A stretch of DNA of 64,000 bases from Camelus dromedarius (Eukaryota): assembly GCF_036321535.1 (NCBI RefSeq), contig NC_087436.1:40364001-40428000 (forward strand), in the 5' to 3' direction. Positions 39,776 through 55,786 of the stretch are shown one piece after another. The translations under genes and the position numbers were made by a program. The notes beneath the pieces are model-generated. The model was given only the letters and a program-made list of their open reading frames with translations, was not told the DNA's origin and searched no databases. Positions within the stretch are counted from its first letter, which is position 1, and each line of letters begins with the position of its first letter.

Positions 39776-42769
39776 ACATTTGATTTTTTAAAGATCAGTG
39801 TTTCAGTTACTTAAGAAAGACCACTGTTGGACAACTTTTATCTTATTTAACTTTATTTTTTGTGATTCAGCAAAGTTCAGTGATGTGTCAGATCAGAAGT
39901 TTGACCAGTATCTGTGATTATATATCTATATAATGGATATATATTCTGCAAGATAATGGTATTAGCATCATAAAATCATTGAATGAGATACTTCTAGTAG
40001 AAGAAAGGCAAAAGATGCTATAAAATTTGCTGCCTTTTAATCATTTTAGGCTTACTAAAATTAAATTTTAATGTGTTTATCTGCATTGTAATTTCAGTGA
40101 AAACTTGATTTTTTTCCTTACAGTTGATTGCAAAATATATGTTTAACATGTTTATTCTTATTGATAGCAACCATGGTGGAATGATATAGAAAAGCACATC
40201 CATAGGTGATACGTATTCAGCCATAATTGGTGTACTAGTCTGTATATACAGGAAAATAGCAAATGCATGCTTTATGGGAACAAATGATTTACAACAGAAA
40301 TTAGAGCTTACATAAATGTAGGAGCTGGGGAAGGGAAGGTCTAGAGATTTTGGAAGATCAGAGAAAGTCAGCAACCATGACAGGCTGAAGAGTTTGGGGA
40401 AGATGGCTGGTAGGATTTGGTAAGAAAATTCTAGATTCTTTGTGTGTCTGACCATCAAAGAGAGATCATAGAGAAAAAATTCATGGAGAGATGTGCAGAA
40501 GCTGCCATCTCTAAGAAAACTGCAGTGAAATGCTTAGGGGTTGGTCAGTGGGGCCAACAGTCAGGAAGAAGACCTGAAGGTTGTAGTCTGCTGGGCACAA
40601 CCACATTGGTTATCGCTCTGCCTGACTTCTGTGGTCTTTGCAGAGCAGTGGTTTCTTCTCTACCACGTTCACTTAGTTAAAAATGAAAATAAACTGGATG
40701 GGATTTTATTTTCTGTAAATGTTGAATAAAGCAAAATTAAATTGTGTAATAATGTGATATTATATATATAACATTAAAAATTATAAAAAATGCTCTTCAT
40801 TGATTATGGCAGAAAGGGTTTAAACTGAGTCCAGAATGTCATAGCTTCTACAAAAAAAAAAAATGATCACAAACAAATATTTCAGCATGTTAAAATTTTT
40901 TAATTTGCACAGTGGGAACATAAATGTTCTTTATATTATCTGAGGTTTTTTTTTCATGTTAGGAATATTTTGTAAACATTTAAAAGAAAAAGAATCATTC
41001 AGGTAGGAAAACTACACAGTGGCTTTAATTACTGTTTATCATCATGGAAAATATAAAAACAAATACTAAATAATCTGGAAATTGTACATTCATACTATAG
41101 ATTATCTTTCCATCATTAAAAGTGTGTTTTAAAAAATTCCAACATGAGGAAATGCTAATTTTATAATATTAGAGTTTAACAGAATTCAACTGATTCAAAT
41201 GTCTTTATTAATGATGCGATTAATATGTATTAAAATACATAGGAGAATATACATATTTTAGGAGTATAATTTTGACACAGTAGGAGGAAACTTCAAAATC
41301 ACCTAAACATCTGATATATAATGAGCTGCCGGTTTAAGTAATGAATTCCCCCTCTGGGAAATGACTCAAACAAAACTCACTATCTATCATAGGAGTGTGG
41401 AGAAGATTCATATATTAAGCAAAGGTTTTGATCATAAGACCTCCTTTCCAATTTCCCAGCCAATCTGTAACAGAAATACTATTACGGTAACTGACCATAG
41501 CATATTCTGTTCTTGCCTATTTTGGCAACTGATACAATGCCAATCAGTTTCTCTTATTTATTCATATATTTCATTATAAACTCAATTATAAATCTCTTCT
41601 CATACTTAAGTTACCAATTTCTAAATAATTTACTTAACAACATATAATAAGGACCTTGTGCCAGGCATTATTCTATGCAATAAGATACAGAGATGAATAA
41701 AACTGAAATGCGGTCCAGTTGTTGCTTTTGATGAAACAAAGTCCATCGATCTGTTTTAAAAAATTGTTGAGAGTCATTGAAGTGACTAAACATAAAGGAA
41801 AATATCACTTTTGATGATGGAAAGCATTTCCCCGCAACACAGGTGAATATTCAGGAGATAATGATATGCAGGCTTTTTGCTGTGCTCACCTACTTTCTCG
41901 GTTGTCTATTACCGTTGTATTTTGCACCTGTCTTTTCCAATCATTCCCTCTCATCAATGATTCTACCATTGTCACTGTTGAGGTGCAGTCTGGTCCTGTG
42001 ATTATTTGCTCCTTCAGAATTTATTCTACAAATTCTACAAGTCAAGGCATTTTAGTACTTAAAATATTTAAGGTTTTAAGTGAAAAAAAGTTCAAAATAC
42101 ATACTTATGCATTAATTTAAAAGTATTGAAACATTATTCATGTAAATACATGATACCTATCAGGACAAACTAGATTAATATAATCCATAAAAAGTCGTAA
42201 ACTTGTTCTCAAATTTTATAAGTGAATGAATTCTAAGGAAGCCACATTCAACTCCATATTACTTGTTGTTGTCAATAGTTATTAGTTAATAGACATTGCT
42301 TTGAGGGGCTTATAGGAAGTTGAACGTGCCGAGAGTGTGATCTAAGTACTTAGTGTGCCCAGGACGGGGACAGTTCCTGGAGTAGTCAGTGAATAAGGAA
42401 TAGCCAAAGCCTGTGGAGTGATCATGATGTTCAGGTTCTTCCTGCACTTTGTCCCAGCCATTTGGGTACTAGGGTCCAAGGAAAAACAGCCTCCTCCCCA
42501 CTCTCCTCTCCCTCCAGCTTTATCTCCATGTTCACACCACACACAAAGAGGATGCTACACAGACAATCCATCTCTGCTCATAATTTGGCTTGGGCTCCAG
42601 GTGATCTTGGAGACAAGAGTGTTCTTCCTTCTCTCCAGCAACCCTGAAGCCTCTTAATCCCAAATAGTCCCAACCACTAACACCCCATCACCCGTCCTCT
42701 CCCACATGATGTTCTGTTCATGGAGTTAGTGGCTAGCTGCCTGGTACCCTGACAACAAGATGCTCCATC

Positions 42770-42990
42770 CTGAGTTAGATTGCCCAAGTTGGGTTCCTGT
42801 CTTGCTATCTAGTTACTTGCTCTCTCATTGTTTTAATTTGCTATCCTTTATGGCCTCAGTTTCCTCGCTTTTAAAGTGGGGGAATTGGTACTTATCTGAT
42901 GGGATTGTTACGGGGACTAAATAAACTTCACTATATACAAAGAACTTAGAAGAGTAGGAGGCCAGAGTAAGCTCTCAATAAATGATAACT
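42770..42990 (+). mobile_element. MIR SINE
   Basis: Core ggcctcagtttcctc...taaagtgggg...gggattgttacggggactaaat...gtaagctctcaataaatg. Confidence 0.75.
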
Positions 42991-44479
42991 CACATTCCCT
43001 TCTAACTATGTTAATGCACTGATGTTTCCCTAAGGCTCACTTACTCATAGTTTTGCCTGATAATTAGCTGCTTACATGTTCACTGTATAGAAAAAATCCA
43101 TGAAATTATGAAATCTAAATCTTGGAGGAGTATGCCTGAGAATTTTGTGTGGAGAGATCAGGTGTAACCAATTCTTCCATATGATCTGAGGACAGGAATC
43201 GCTTTTACATCATGACTTAATAAACTTTCAAAACTCAGAGTAAATAAATTTAAATATTTTTTCATCCAAGTTCATTAATAATATAATTCATTGTTTACAC
43301 TTACTTGCCTTGGGAAGTTTGCATGAGAAGGCTTTTTCCAAATGAATGTTTGTTACATTATATAGCAGAATTTTTAGGTGGGGAAATTCAGTAATAGTCT
43401 GGGAATTGAACAGAAGAATGAAAGAGCTGAACTTAATAAGCCTCTCATTGAATGAAAAGGTCCTTTTCATCAAGAGAAAGAACAGTAGAAAATGCCAGTC
43501 TGCTTACAATTTGCTAATACTATTTGGGCAATGATATTGTAATTTTGAATATTTCTAATAATTAGTATGTGCTTTCAAACAAATAACTAGGAATAAGTAC
43601 TTTATTACTAGACTTTGCATATCTAAATTAATCATAAAACTGGCTATACATAAATAGTAGTCTCCAGCATATATTTTGAAGCATGGTTTAATGGATCGAA
43701 ATGCAAGTAGATTAGGTGTAAAGAAGAAAAATAAACTTCAAAGGATATTCACCTTCAAAAAATTACTTAATTCCCCTTGCGTTTTATGACTGTAGATAGG
43801 TCTACATCATTATACCCTGAAACAGAATCTGTTCATGCTTTAAATAGTTAAAAACTAATGGCACTTACAACAAGTATATTAAAATAATTTTTATACATAT
43901 ACTTTGTATGCATGGTTTACTGAAGGTTAGTTAAGTCTGGTCAGAAAACTGATAAAACAGTTAAGATACTATTCTATCACCCATCTGTATTAGCATTGAA
44001 ATATAATGATTCTGAAATAATCATTTATTTCCTTTCCATGTAACTTTAACTTTTAATTTTATATACAGATCCCTAGAGAGTTAAGGAATTTTAGAAACCA
44101 CATAGAAATCGTTAGAGAGGGAATGATTCTATGAAAGAGGAAGTAGGTCTTTTGAAGACATCATCAAGCAAATGCCCACAGCTCAGTAGAACATTCCTGC
44201 CAGATACCAAATAGCCATCACCTCAGCACAGTCACTCTGTCCTCCGTGCGTAGAAAATCATACAAGGTGGTCTTTCTGTTATGTTCTATGTCATGTACAT
44301 TAGAAAACCAAGTGCATCGGGGAAGAATACTAGGAGTATAAGAATACTCCTCATCAGTCTAGTTACATCAAAGGTTGTACCCAAACTTAATTATTAAAAA
44401 AAAAAAAGGAAAACAAAAAGAGTAATGAAATATAGTAGTTCAATTCTAATGTTTACAAATTGCTGTGATGTCTTTGTAC

Positions 44480-45050
44480 TTTTGCCCCTTCCACAGATAG
44501 CAGTTCACGCAGAAGCAAAAGTGACCCATTTAAAACATTGCTCGAAGGGTCTTCCCATCAGTCTTAGGCCAAACTTCAGCGTCGTTACCAGGCCTCTTGG
44601 GCCTTACGTGATATGCCCTCTACTGGCCTGATCTCTCTTCTCTCTCTCATCCATCCCTCTTCTTTACTTCACTTGGTCACCCTGGCCTCTATTCACGGAA
44701 GAATCATTCTTGATCTTGCCTCAGAGTATTTGGACTTGCTAGGTCCTAGCAACTTCTTCTTTGGATATTTTTGCAGTTTTCTCTAACTTCATTTAAATCT
44801 TTATTCAAATATCACCTATTCAAAGAGGCAGCTCCTGCTCCCTGCTCTGAAATCACCATCCACATTTATTCTTTATCCTCTTACCCTCGTTTTCTTCCTA
44901 GCATTTTGTCACTAGCTAGCTATAAATTATATATCTATACAATATCTCTGTCTTCTCTTTCTCCCTGAGTATTATGCAAGCTCCGTGAGGGTGGGTACAG
45001 GGTTTATTTTGCCAAATAAATGTAGCACTTGACAAAATAAATGGCTGAAT
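44480..45050 (+). mobile_element. L2 3' end
   Basis: gtcaccctggcctc...caaatatcacctattcaaagaggc...caagctccgtgagggtggg...taaatggctgaat. Confidence 0.65.
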
Positions 45051-46159
45051 ATGGATTTTAATTTTTATCAATTCTTATATTTTAATGAGAGACTGCTTCT
45101 ATTAATCTATTCCAGGAGTTTATCCTTAGACAATGCTTCATATTGTTTTTACATATATATTTGTAAATAGGCATTGTAGAATTTGGAAATGTTTTGTGTA
45201 GGTTTTTCCTTATTCCATTAAATATGCAACCATATTGCTTACTGTAGTTTTTTAAAGCTTATGTTTTAATATCTTACCCAGTATGAAAATGATTTAAATA
45301 TAAAAACACCTCTTTAATTGGATTATTCAAGACTGTCTGAATCAGTCAAATCTCAAGAGACTTTGTAATTTTATGCACAAGCTAAATCATATTATGTTTT
45401 GTTTAATGGAGTTAAATATTTGGTACTCTCAGTCAATTATGACTGCTAATTAGAAACATTGATTTAAAGTGACTTGCGTTTGATCTTTTGAAGTAGTTCT
45501 CTTCCAACATGTCTTGCTCCTTCAAATGCTATTGAATTCTACCATTTGAATGTTCAATTCAATTACCTGAATTATCCAAATTTAAATTCTCAAAAGATAG
45601 GTATGGTAGAAGTATTCAAATATATATTTTTTTCATTGTGAGATAGAAAAATATCGAAAGATGAGGCATTGTCTGTATTACGAAGTTCCTAATGTACTTT
45701 GCAATTTTAACAAAGTCAGAATCAATGTCAATTTAACTCTTTTGGGAAATTATATTTTAAAAAGCTGCATCAGTCATTTAAAAGAGGTTTTTGGCTAAGC
45801 TATTTATATAAACAATAGTATTAATTTATAAAATACAGTCATGGAAAGGTTATATCATATAGATAATGGAAATGACTATTTGTATTTATTTAATATATAG
45901 TACCTCATTTATAATACAGTGTTCTATTGATTTTTTAAATCAAATGTTTCTCATGACAAAATCAATATGGCATTTTAAAAGATATTTTGTCCAATATATG
46001 GCAGTCCTCTGGACAGGACACTCAGACACTGATCCTTCTGTTCCTCTCTTGGTTCCACTGTAAATTCGTTAAAGGGATGTTAATTCCTTGAAGTATAGTA
46101 CTATAATTGATACATTCAAATTAATTGTCTAATCCACTATTATATCACAAAGATGAATA

Positions 46160-46332
46160 TTTTTGTAAATTTTTCATTGACATATAGTTGATTTACAACA
46201 TTTCAGGAGTGCAGCAAAGTGATTCAGTTACATACATATGTTCTTTTTTAGCTTTTTTTTTCATTAGAAGTTATTACAAAATATTGAATATAGTTCCCTA
46301 TGCTATACAGTAGGTCCTTGTTGTTTACCTAT
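46160..46332 (-). mobile_element. Short L1 3' end with TSD
   Basis: tatagttgatttacaa...gtgattcagtta...gctatacagtaggtccttgttg. TSD tcacaaagatgaata (46145-46159) / tcacaaagattaata (46333-46347). Confidence 0.85.
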
Positions 46333-46929
46333 TCACAAAGATTAATAGTAATACATTAGCATTATTTGGCTTCTAGGTTTTTTCTCTTTTAAAATACGCA
46401 AACCAATAAATAACAAACAAATAATTTGTAATATTTAGTCTGTATTTTAATGGACCAAAAAAAAAAAAAAAAACTTCCACCATTTCCTAGGGAGGAAGAC
46501 AGAGTTTAAATAGAAGAGCTAGGGACTTTTCCCAGATAAATCTCATAATTATATTGTCCATTGACTGCTGTATACATCCCTTTTGCCCATGTCTTGTATG
46601 AAAGTGTCTACTGCATTTTTCCTATTTCTTGAGTGTGTGGGAGCCAGACACCTTGTTTCCTTCCATTGCAAGTTTTCAAATGAAGAGTAAGTGTAACAAA
46701 GGAGAGGACCTAGAGAGCCCTTCTGTGCCTGGATCTAATTTAACTTAAATTCCTGGGTAATGAACTCAATCCTGTTGCTGTATTGGCAGGAGACTTTTGT
46801 TTGCATTGAAAGGATACAGTGTATATTTCATGTGAGAGGAAAGAAAATTTGCTGTCAAAAGAAAGAATATGGCTTTAAAAAATTTAGCCACAAATATCCT
46901 GGTACACTTCTTATTAAGAGGTGATGTCT

Positions 46930-47900
46930 AACAAAAAACCAAACAACCCAATCCAAAAATAGGCAGAAGACCTCAACAAGCAGTTCTCCAAAGAAGACAT
47001 ACAAATGGCCAATAAACACATGAAAAAATGCTCAATATCGCTGATTATCAGAGAAATGCAAAACTACAGTAATGTATCACCTCACTCCAGTCAGAATGGC
47101 CATAATTAAAAAGTCGACCAGCAGTAAATGCTGAACAGGGTGTGGGTGAAAAGTGAACACTCCTACACTGTTGGTGAGAATGTAGTTTGGTGCAGCCATT
47201 ATGGAAAACAGTATGGAGATTTCTCAAGAAACTAAAATTAGACTTACCATATCATCCAGCAATCCCACTCCTGGGCATATATCCAGAAGGTATTCTAATT
47301 CAACAAGATACATGCAACCCCAATGTTCACAGCAGCACTATTTACAATAGCCAAGACATGGAAACAACCTAAATGGCCATCGACAGATGACTGGATAAAG
47401 AAGTTGTGGTATATATATACAATGGAATACTACTCAGCCATAAAAAGGAATAAAATACTGCCATTTACAGCAACATGGATGGACCTGGAAATCATACATT
47501 CTAAGTGAAGTAAGCCAGAAAGAGAAGGAAAAATACCATAATACAGCAATCATATGTGGAATCTTAAAAAAATAAAAGACACAAATGAACTTATTTATAA
47601 AACAGAAACAGACTCACAGACATAGAAAACAAATCTATGGTTACCAGGGGGAAACGGAGGCAGGGAAGGGATAAATTAGGAGTTCGGGTTTTGCAAATAT
47701 TAACTACTACATATAAAGTAGATAAAGGACAAATTTCTTCTGTATAGCACAGGGAACTATATTCAACATCTTGTAGTAACCTATAATGAAAGAGAACAAG
47801 AAACGAATATATGTGTGTATATGTATGGCTGAAATATTATGCTGTACACCAGAAACTGACACAAGAGTGTAAACTGACTATACTTCAATTAAAAAAAAAA
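46930..47900 (+). mobile_element. 5'-truncated L1 (ORF2 C-terminus + 3'UTR + polyA) with 14-bp TSD
   Basis: ORF2 C-terminal peptides [32 protein letters not shown] and MFTAALFTIAKTWKQPKWPSTDDWIKKLWYIYTMEYYSAIK. Perfect TSD aagaggtgatgtct at 46916-46929 and 47901-47914. Confidence 0.95.
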
Positions 47901-50269
47901 AAGAGGTGATGTCTGTGTTCCCCACCCTCCCCCACCGCACTTTGCTCCACCTTGAAGTTAAAGTACCTGCTCTGACAATGAAAAGTATATGATGTATCTC
48001 CACTGCTGGGTCATGAAAGGCCATAAAGTTTCTGCCTTTTTTCACTAGAAAACTAGGTTGTAAGAGCCCATAGCCACTGTTCTGTGTCATTGCCAACACG
48101 TCACAGAGAGGCCCCATGCAGGCATTCTTGATAGACAGTCCCAGCTGAACATAGCCTTTGCCTCACAGTTTACTAGATGCTAGACAATGTGAATTTCATA
48201 TTGTTGAGGTGTGGATTTTTCTGGCAGGCAGGAAAGTTCCTTGCACAGCACCTTGATCATTTAAAGGCTTCTTGAAAACTGTGTGGGCAGGCATGAATTA
48301 GCTTTTTCCCTAGGGCAAGTTCAGCCTTACTATTGACTGTGACTCTTCTTAGATATCTACTGAGCATAGAGTCTCACAAGTGCTCCGAGAGTATTCTACC
48401 TTCTGACTTTTCCAAACTTCCAAGTCTCCTAGTCCTGTCTGAATTCTTGGAAATTTCGAATTTAGATTTCTCCTATTGTTCATTGCTTGGCTTCATGTAG
48501 TCTAACCTTATGCATGCAATACTTCGTATTAGAGGCAACTCTAGGGCATGTTCATGCAAATTTCTAAAGCACTCTAATCACCTAATGTTTTCTGCAAAAT
48601 TACTCAGCCCAGCAAGCTTCAGTGGCCTCAGCTTCTCCTAACTCCTCCTGTCTCACCTCAATTCAGCAAGACCTCTAGGCTCTTCTTGGGTTCCCCACCC
48701 TGTGCACAGTGGACTAGAAAGTGCATCCAGGCAAAAACTTGGGGCAATCGTGGGGCTCTCCTCACCTGTCTCCCTTCTTTCTTGTTTTCCAATATCTAGA
48801 AAACAGAAGCTACTTCATATAATTTGTCTAGTTTTTCAGTTATTTACAGTAGGAGTAGAAGTTCAATTGCAGTTACTACCTCATGGCCAAAAACAGAAAT
48901 CCCCATTTGAATCTAATACTTATTTGTACCAGAGGCATAAGTCTGGGCATAAATAAAGAATCCCCCCATATATTAAATGATATAATAATCATAGTAGTAG
49001 TCAAAATTTTAACATATTATATACATTTTGTCCTTTGTCAAATAGTGCCGTTAAATCTACTGAACGCAAACAGCATGTTGTATATTACTACAATACCGTT
49101 ACAGATTCCAATAATTTCAGAAATTTGACACATTTTTATATTTTTATGATGATGTTAATGTGAAATGAAACTAAAATTCAAATACATACACTATCATTCA
49201 TATAAAATGTATTTATTGCATGTTAAAAGATGGTTGGAAGGGGAAAACTATCCATTCATGGAAATGTTTTTGGTTGCAGATCCCACAACTGAATTTCCTC
49301 ACTTAAGTAGATAAGAAACTCCTGTTTCATTATTATAGTTTTTGCATATAATTTTGCTAACATTCACATCACAAAAATAGCTCCTTTTGTAAATGTTGAT
49401 TATCTCATTTCAAAGTTCTATATCAGTCTTCAGATTTCTCTTTGAAGGCAGAGCAATTTTCCTGTTCCGTGTTGCATGGTACCATAATCATTCCTGCTAG
49501 AGTTAAGGTTTGAACTTTGGAATTTACATTTCAGAAGAAGAAATGCTGCATAATTTAAGGAGCAAAGCCCACATTAAATTTAGAATACCTAGTTGCCTTT
49601 TATCACCGTTTCTCTGTGCTCTTTGCACTGACAAAAGATGCAGTCCGAACTGGGTAATTACTTTAAAGATGTTGAACGAAATACTCTGATCGATAGACAG
49701 TGTTCCTGCATTTCCTAAAAAATCGAAACAATTGTGTACAGAGTTTGTTGTAGAAAGTGTTCCGGTGTTAAGAAAAGCAACCGCATATTCTTCTCAAGTA
49801 AGAATTCTCTAGTTCTTGAAGAATTCCTTATTGGAGGGTTCACTTTTTTTTTAAAGGATCAGCTGCACAGTATTTTATTTGGTTTTTCCTGGCTGTTACT
49901 CAGTTCTTGCCTCTGACAACTCAATTTCGAGTGTTTTACGAGGTTAACTAAATCAGGGAGGAATTATAAATAGAGGTGCCAAATGAGGGTGTGAAGAAAT
50001 GAGGAACAAAATCAAACTTGAGGGCAGTTGGGAGGGAGGAAATAGTCAAAGAGAAGAGCGGTGCCTAGTGGGACGTGTTGAGTTTATTCAGGAAAGCACC
50101 CATCTCCTTTTTGAAAAATAATCATAATGTCAAATATAGAATTAATCAGTTTTCTTAGAGGCACAGACAATATGACTGTGATCATTTTGTGACATACTTA
50201 GTGAAGAACAACCAGAGTTGTACCGCTTTGTCCTGATGACTAAGGAAGTTGCCAGGGGCGAGTCATTCA

Positions 50270-51662
<1,393 letters not shown>

Positions 51663-54250
51663 AGAGGAGACTCTCCACATAAGAGGAAAGAAAAATCTTC
51701 ATAATGATAAACAAGTTCATTGATTAGTGTCTCCAAAGAAGACTCCCCTTTTCTATAAGTTACCTTTTTTTGCTGAAGACTTTTCTGTTCTTGAAAACTG
51801 TGCTTTCTTTGATTTTTGCTTTTGTACTATGTAATGCATTTTTTATAAAGACCTTTGAGGAGAAGATGATTATTACGAGTGGGAAAATTTTTGGTTTAGA
51901 CTATCATCAAAATGGTTTAGGTTCACCACGATATTTTTCTTTTTTTTACTTTTGAATGTTTTCCTAATGATTTGTAGAGAGAACTACAAAATTCCGCATA
52001 GTTCTTGCTCCCGCCAATCTTTTATAACATTAGCAAGGTGGTTTGTTATGGGAATGACATATTTTTAATGTTCTCTTCCAGGATAAAATAGAAATAATAC
52101 GAAGGTGAAAATCAACATCATTAAATTTTCAGTATTCTCTAATTCTTAGAATTATTTTTGAATTTACAACTGTAGAAAAGATGTGAAAACCACCAAAATA
52201 ATAATATTTATAAGTAGTGGTTGTTAGTATTACATCTCACTAAAAAACCAAGATACTAATGGTTAACAGGTGGAGACTTACTGCTATATATCAAAGTATC
52301 TTGAATTAATATAAAATTATTACTGAGAGGTAAAATCATGCTTGTCCATTTTAAACACTTGTAAACTGGAAATCAGAAAATTAAATAATGTAAAAAAGGA
52401 AATCAGACTTAAATAGCTTTTTCTGATATGTTTATGAAAATTATTCTTAATGAGGTTTGTTATAAGTTTGGTATCTGCAGCATCTTAGAATAATATTGTT
52501 TAACCTCAAAATCATTTTGAAAAATAGTGCTTACTTGATTTATATCTATAAAGAATGTCAGCTAATTACATATGGAAAACATTTAATGTACTAACCTTAA
52601 ATAATCTTTAAAGTCATAGTCTTATGGAAGGCTTTTCAAAATAATGTTATAATTATAGCTTTGCTTCCATCTTTAATTGGGAAACATTTATCTGTATGAG
52701 ACAAATTTTGGTGATACATATATATGTTGTGTCTTTACATAAACCAGTACAAACAATGGGCTGCAGTGGGTGAATATTTATCATATTTATTTTCTTCTCT
52801 CAACCTACAGTTTGATTTTATTTCCATAATGTGCGTGCTTATATATTTTTTTCAGGAGACAGTGCTTTAAAAATGTGCTATGATAAGGCCAAGTATTTCC
52901 TATTCCCCTCTAGTTTCTTCTATTATGTCTTGTATCTCTCTGCTTTTAATAACATTCTGTTTGGCTTGTACGTAATTCAGCTTTTTCAATTACGGAGGTC
53001 CCTGCAAATTAAACTTAGCATAGGTGTATTGCAGACCAAAGACAGAGGAGCCATTCTTGGCAAAACATTCTTTTCTGTTCTTTCTTCTTTGAGAGATATA
53101 ATCTATCATCCTACTAATTTTTTTTTCTCAATTGCCTAATACTATAATTTTATTACCATATACTCTAGGTCCAAAGTACAATAACTCCACTTTAACCAAC
53201 CAGTGTGCAATTATAAAACAAAGATTTTCAACTCCTCATAACAGAGGAGAGTGGTCTTCCTCATTTTTAAAGAATTCTCCCGTTACTTGTAACTCCACTT
53301 TTGATAACAGGTTTCTTATGCATTACATACATAATTCATTTGCCAATAAATGCAGGCTTGTCTCAAAGTGGCCAATAATTGGAAAAAAGTGTTTCCTCAT
53401 GTGATTGATAATGTCAAGAGTTAAACTGGGATTGACATTAAATATGATTAGGGCTCAGATTGATTTCCCTGGGATTTGCTGGGCTCTGTCCCCCTCAGAT
53501 TGACTTTCCACTTGGCAGTAGATGACCACAGATGTTTTAGGCTTGATGTCTGTACACCATATACATGGTAGAAAGGAAGAGAGGAAACCTGATTTCTAAA
53601 ATTCCTGAAACACTGAGTGTTACCTTATTTTGTAAAGGGGTTTACTCAGCTGATTGGTTAAATTAGGTTATATGTTTTACCTGCACAAAAAGGCAAATTC
53701 CCTTTTGTGTAAAATAGGGGTTCACAAGAAGTAGGAAGTTTACTGAGGAAAAAGGGGAAGGATGCTGGGTACATCTCAGACATTCATGAGTTCAATAAGT
53801 GTTTCAGAAAATAAACGTATGCCAAGTAAATTATGAAAGCAACACTGCAAATGAAATTCAGCACAATACAAATTGCTAAGTCTCTCCCTTTTAAAATTAC
53901 ATTCTGAAAAACTCATGCTACAGTAAATCTCAGTGTGACAATTTGGTTTCTGTCAAAATCGGATTGCATGGAAACAAGTTTCCATTATCATTATTCAAGG
54001 TTTTATTAAAACAGGCATTAGTTAACCCTGGGAAAGGCCAAATAACCAATTAAGCAACAAATGTTACGAAAGTCATAAAGATATATCTGATATTCGAATT
54101 TCCTGAATTTGAATACTCTGCTCTGATTTATTTGCTTCAGTGCTTGCAAAACTTTATTCTTTAAATCTATAGGTGTAGACTTTCTAGGATGAATTTAGAG
54201 TGAGTTTTCTTCAAAAAATATTTTGCTGGCAATTATTCAAAAGTACATCT

Positions 54251-54396
54251 CAAGGGAGGGTATAGCTCAGTGGTATAGTGTGTGCTTAGCATGCACGAAG
54301 TCCTGGGTTCAAGCCCCAGTATCTCCACGAAATCAATCAATCAATCAAATTCCCCCTCAAAAAAAAAAAAAAAACAAACAAACCAAAAAACTCAAT
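54251..54396 (+). mobile_element. tRNA-derived SINE (Vic-1-like) with TSD
   Basis: gggagggtatagctcagtggtatagtgtgtgcttagcatgcacgaagtcctgggttcaagccccagtatctcca + A-rich tail. TSD aaaagtacatct (54239-54250) / aaaagtatatct (54397-54408). Confidence 0.9.
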
Positions 54397-54678
54397 AAAA
54401 GTATATCTTACTTTTCTTAACAAATAGTAGAAATGTGTTTTTCAACCTGCTTTATTTTGTAAGAAACAAGGAAGTTATTTTCGAAGTGATCAGAATAATT
54501 CTTCACTTCATTTCAGTCAGAAAACAACCTGTAGCTATTTCTTCATTTCTTTCTCATCAGTATTTAACCATCAGTAGAGGAAATATGTATCGCCAATAGT
54601 GTATTAACTCAAAATGGATTCAAGGAGATTTGAGTTACAGCATTAGTTTTTAAAGTTTTCTTGAAGACTTAAAATATT

Positions 54679-54950
54679 ATTTTTTACTTTTATTGAAATG
54701 TAGTTGATTTACAATGTTAGTTTAAAGTGTATAGCAAAGCAATTCAGTTATACATACACATACATACATATTTTTTTCTTTTCAGATTCTTTCCCATCAT
54801 GTGTTATTATAAGAAATTGAATATAGTTCCCTGTGCTATACAGTAGGTCTTTGTTGTTTATCTATTTCGTATATAGTAATGTATATCTGTCAATCCCAAA
54901 CTCCTAATTTATGCCTCCCTCACTCTTTCCTCTTTGGTAACCATAGTTTG
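54679..54950 (-). mobile_element. Short L1 3' end with TSD
   Basis: ttgaaatgtagttgatttacaatgttag...gttccctgtgctatacagtagg...tttggtaaccatagtttg. TSD ttaaaatatt at 54669-54678 and 54951-54960. Confidence 0.88.
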
Positions 54951-55584
54951 TTAAAATATTCTGATAGCCTTTTAATTTGGAAAAACATGGATAAAGTTTT
55001 AAGTTCTCACTCAACTAGACTAATGAGAATAATTTATATAGAATAAGAATAGATTTACTACTGATGCTTCACCCAGGTAATGACATATTGGAGCAGTTCC
55101 TGAGATGAATTTCTTGGGGAGAAGTAATTTTGAGAATGTGGAATACGGACTGGGCTAGGACTTTGGTACTTGAAATCAGGGCAGAAAATGCATTCCAGTG
55201 GGGAGCACAGACCACTGTAATCTGGTGACTTCTCTGATGAAGAGGATAGACAGTGTGCTGGGTATATGGAAGTAATTGAGGCTTAATGACAGACTAGATT
55301 CCCAGAGAATTCACAAATACTCCCACTTCCTGAGTTTCTCTGGAAATAGAGGGGTTTTTTTTTCTCTGTCATCTTTCAATCAAATTTACATCCTGTGTGA
55401 AACTTCCATACTGAATAAGACAGACTAGTGTCTGCCAGTTCCCCTCAAGCATGTAGAAAAATGATCACAAATCCATCATACAAAAGTCCCTACATTTCTA
55501 GATATTAAATTAGAATTGGTCTCATGATTATACAGCCACATGACACCCTAAATTTTGCCATCTAAATCCCCATAAGCAAATCCT

Positions 55585-55786
55585 ACATTACATCCCCCCA
55601 GACCAGAATATACAGTCTTTTCAAGTGTGCATGGTCTATTCTCGAGGACAGACCACACACTTGGGCACAAAAGAAGCCTCAGCAAATTTAAGAAGATAGA
55701 AATCATTTCAAGCATCTTTTCTGATCACAATGGCATGAAACTTGAAATAAACCACAGACAAACAAATAAGGGGAAAAAAAAAAAAA
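55585..55786 (+). mobile_element. Polyadenylated L1 ORF2 endonuclease-domain fragment with 11-bp TSD
   Basis: Translates TLHPPRPEYTVFSSVHGLFSRTDHTLGHKRSLSKFKKIEIISSIFSDHNGMKLEINH (APE-type EN C-terminus with SDHN). AATAAA at 55746-55751, A15 from 55774, TSD aagcaaatcct at 55574-55584 and 55787-55797. Confidence 0.9.

Noticed and set aside
40018..40458. 146-aa minus-strand ORF (similarly the 138-aa ORF at 38735-39151)
   Set aside because: No recognisable homology or splice context. The second overlaps L1/MLT1 remnants.
54254..54330. tRNA-Ala-like sequence (also at ~19278, ~21420, ~36150)
   Set aside because: Mismatched stems, A-rich tails and (in three of four) TSDs show these are SINE copies, not tRNA genes.
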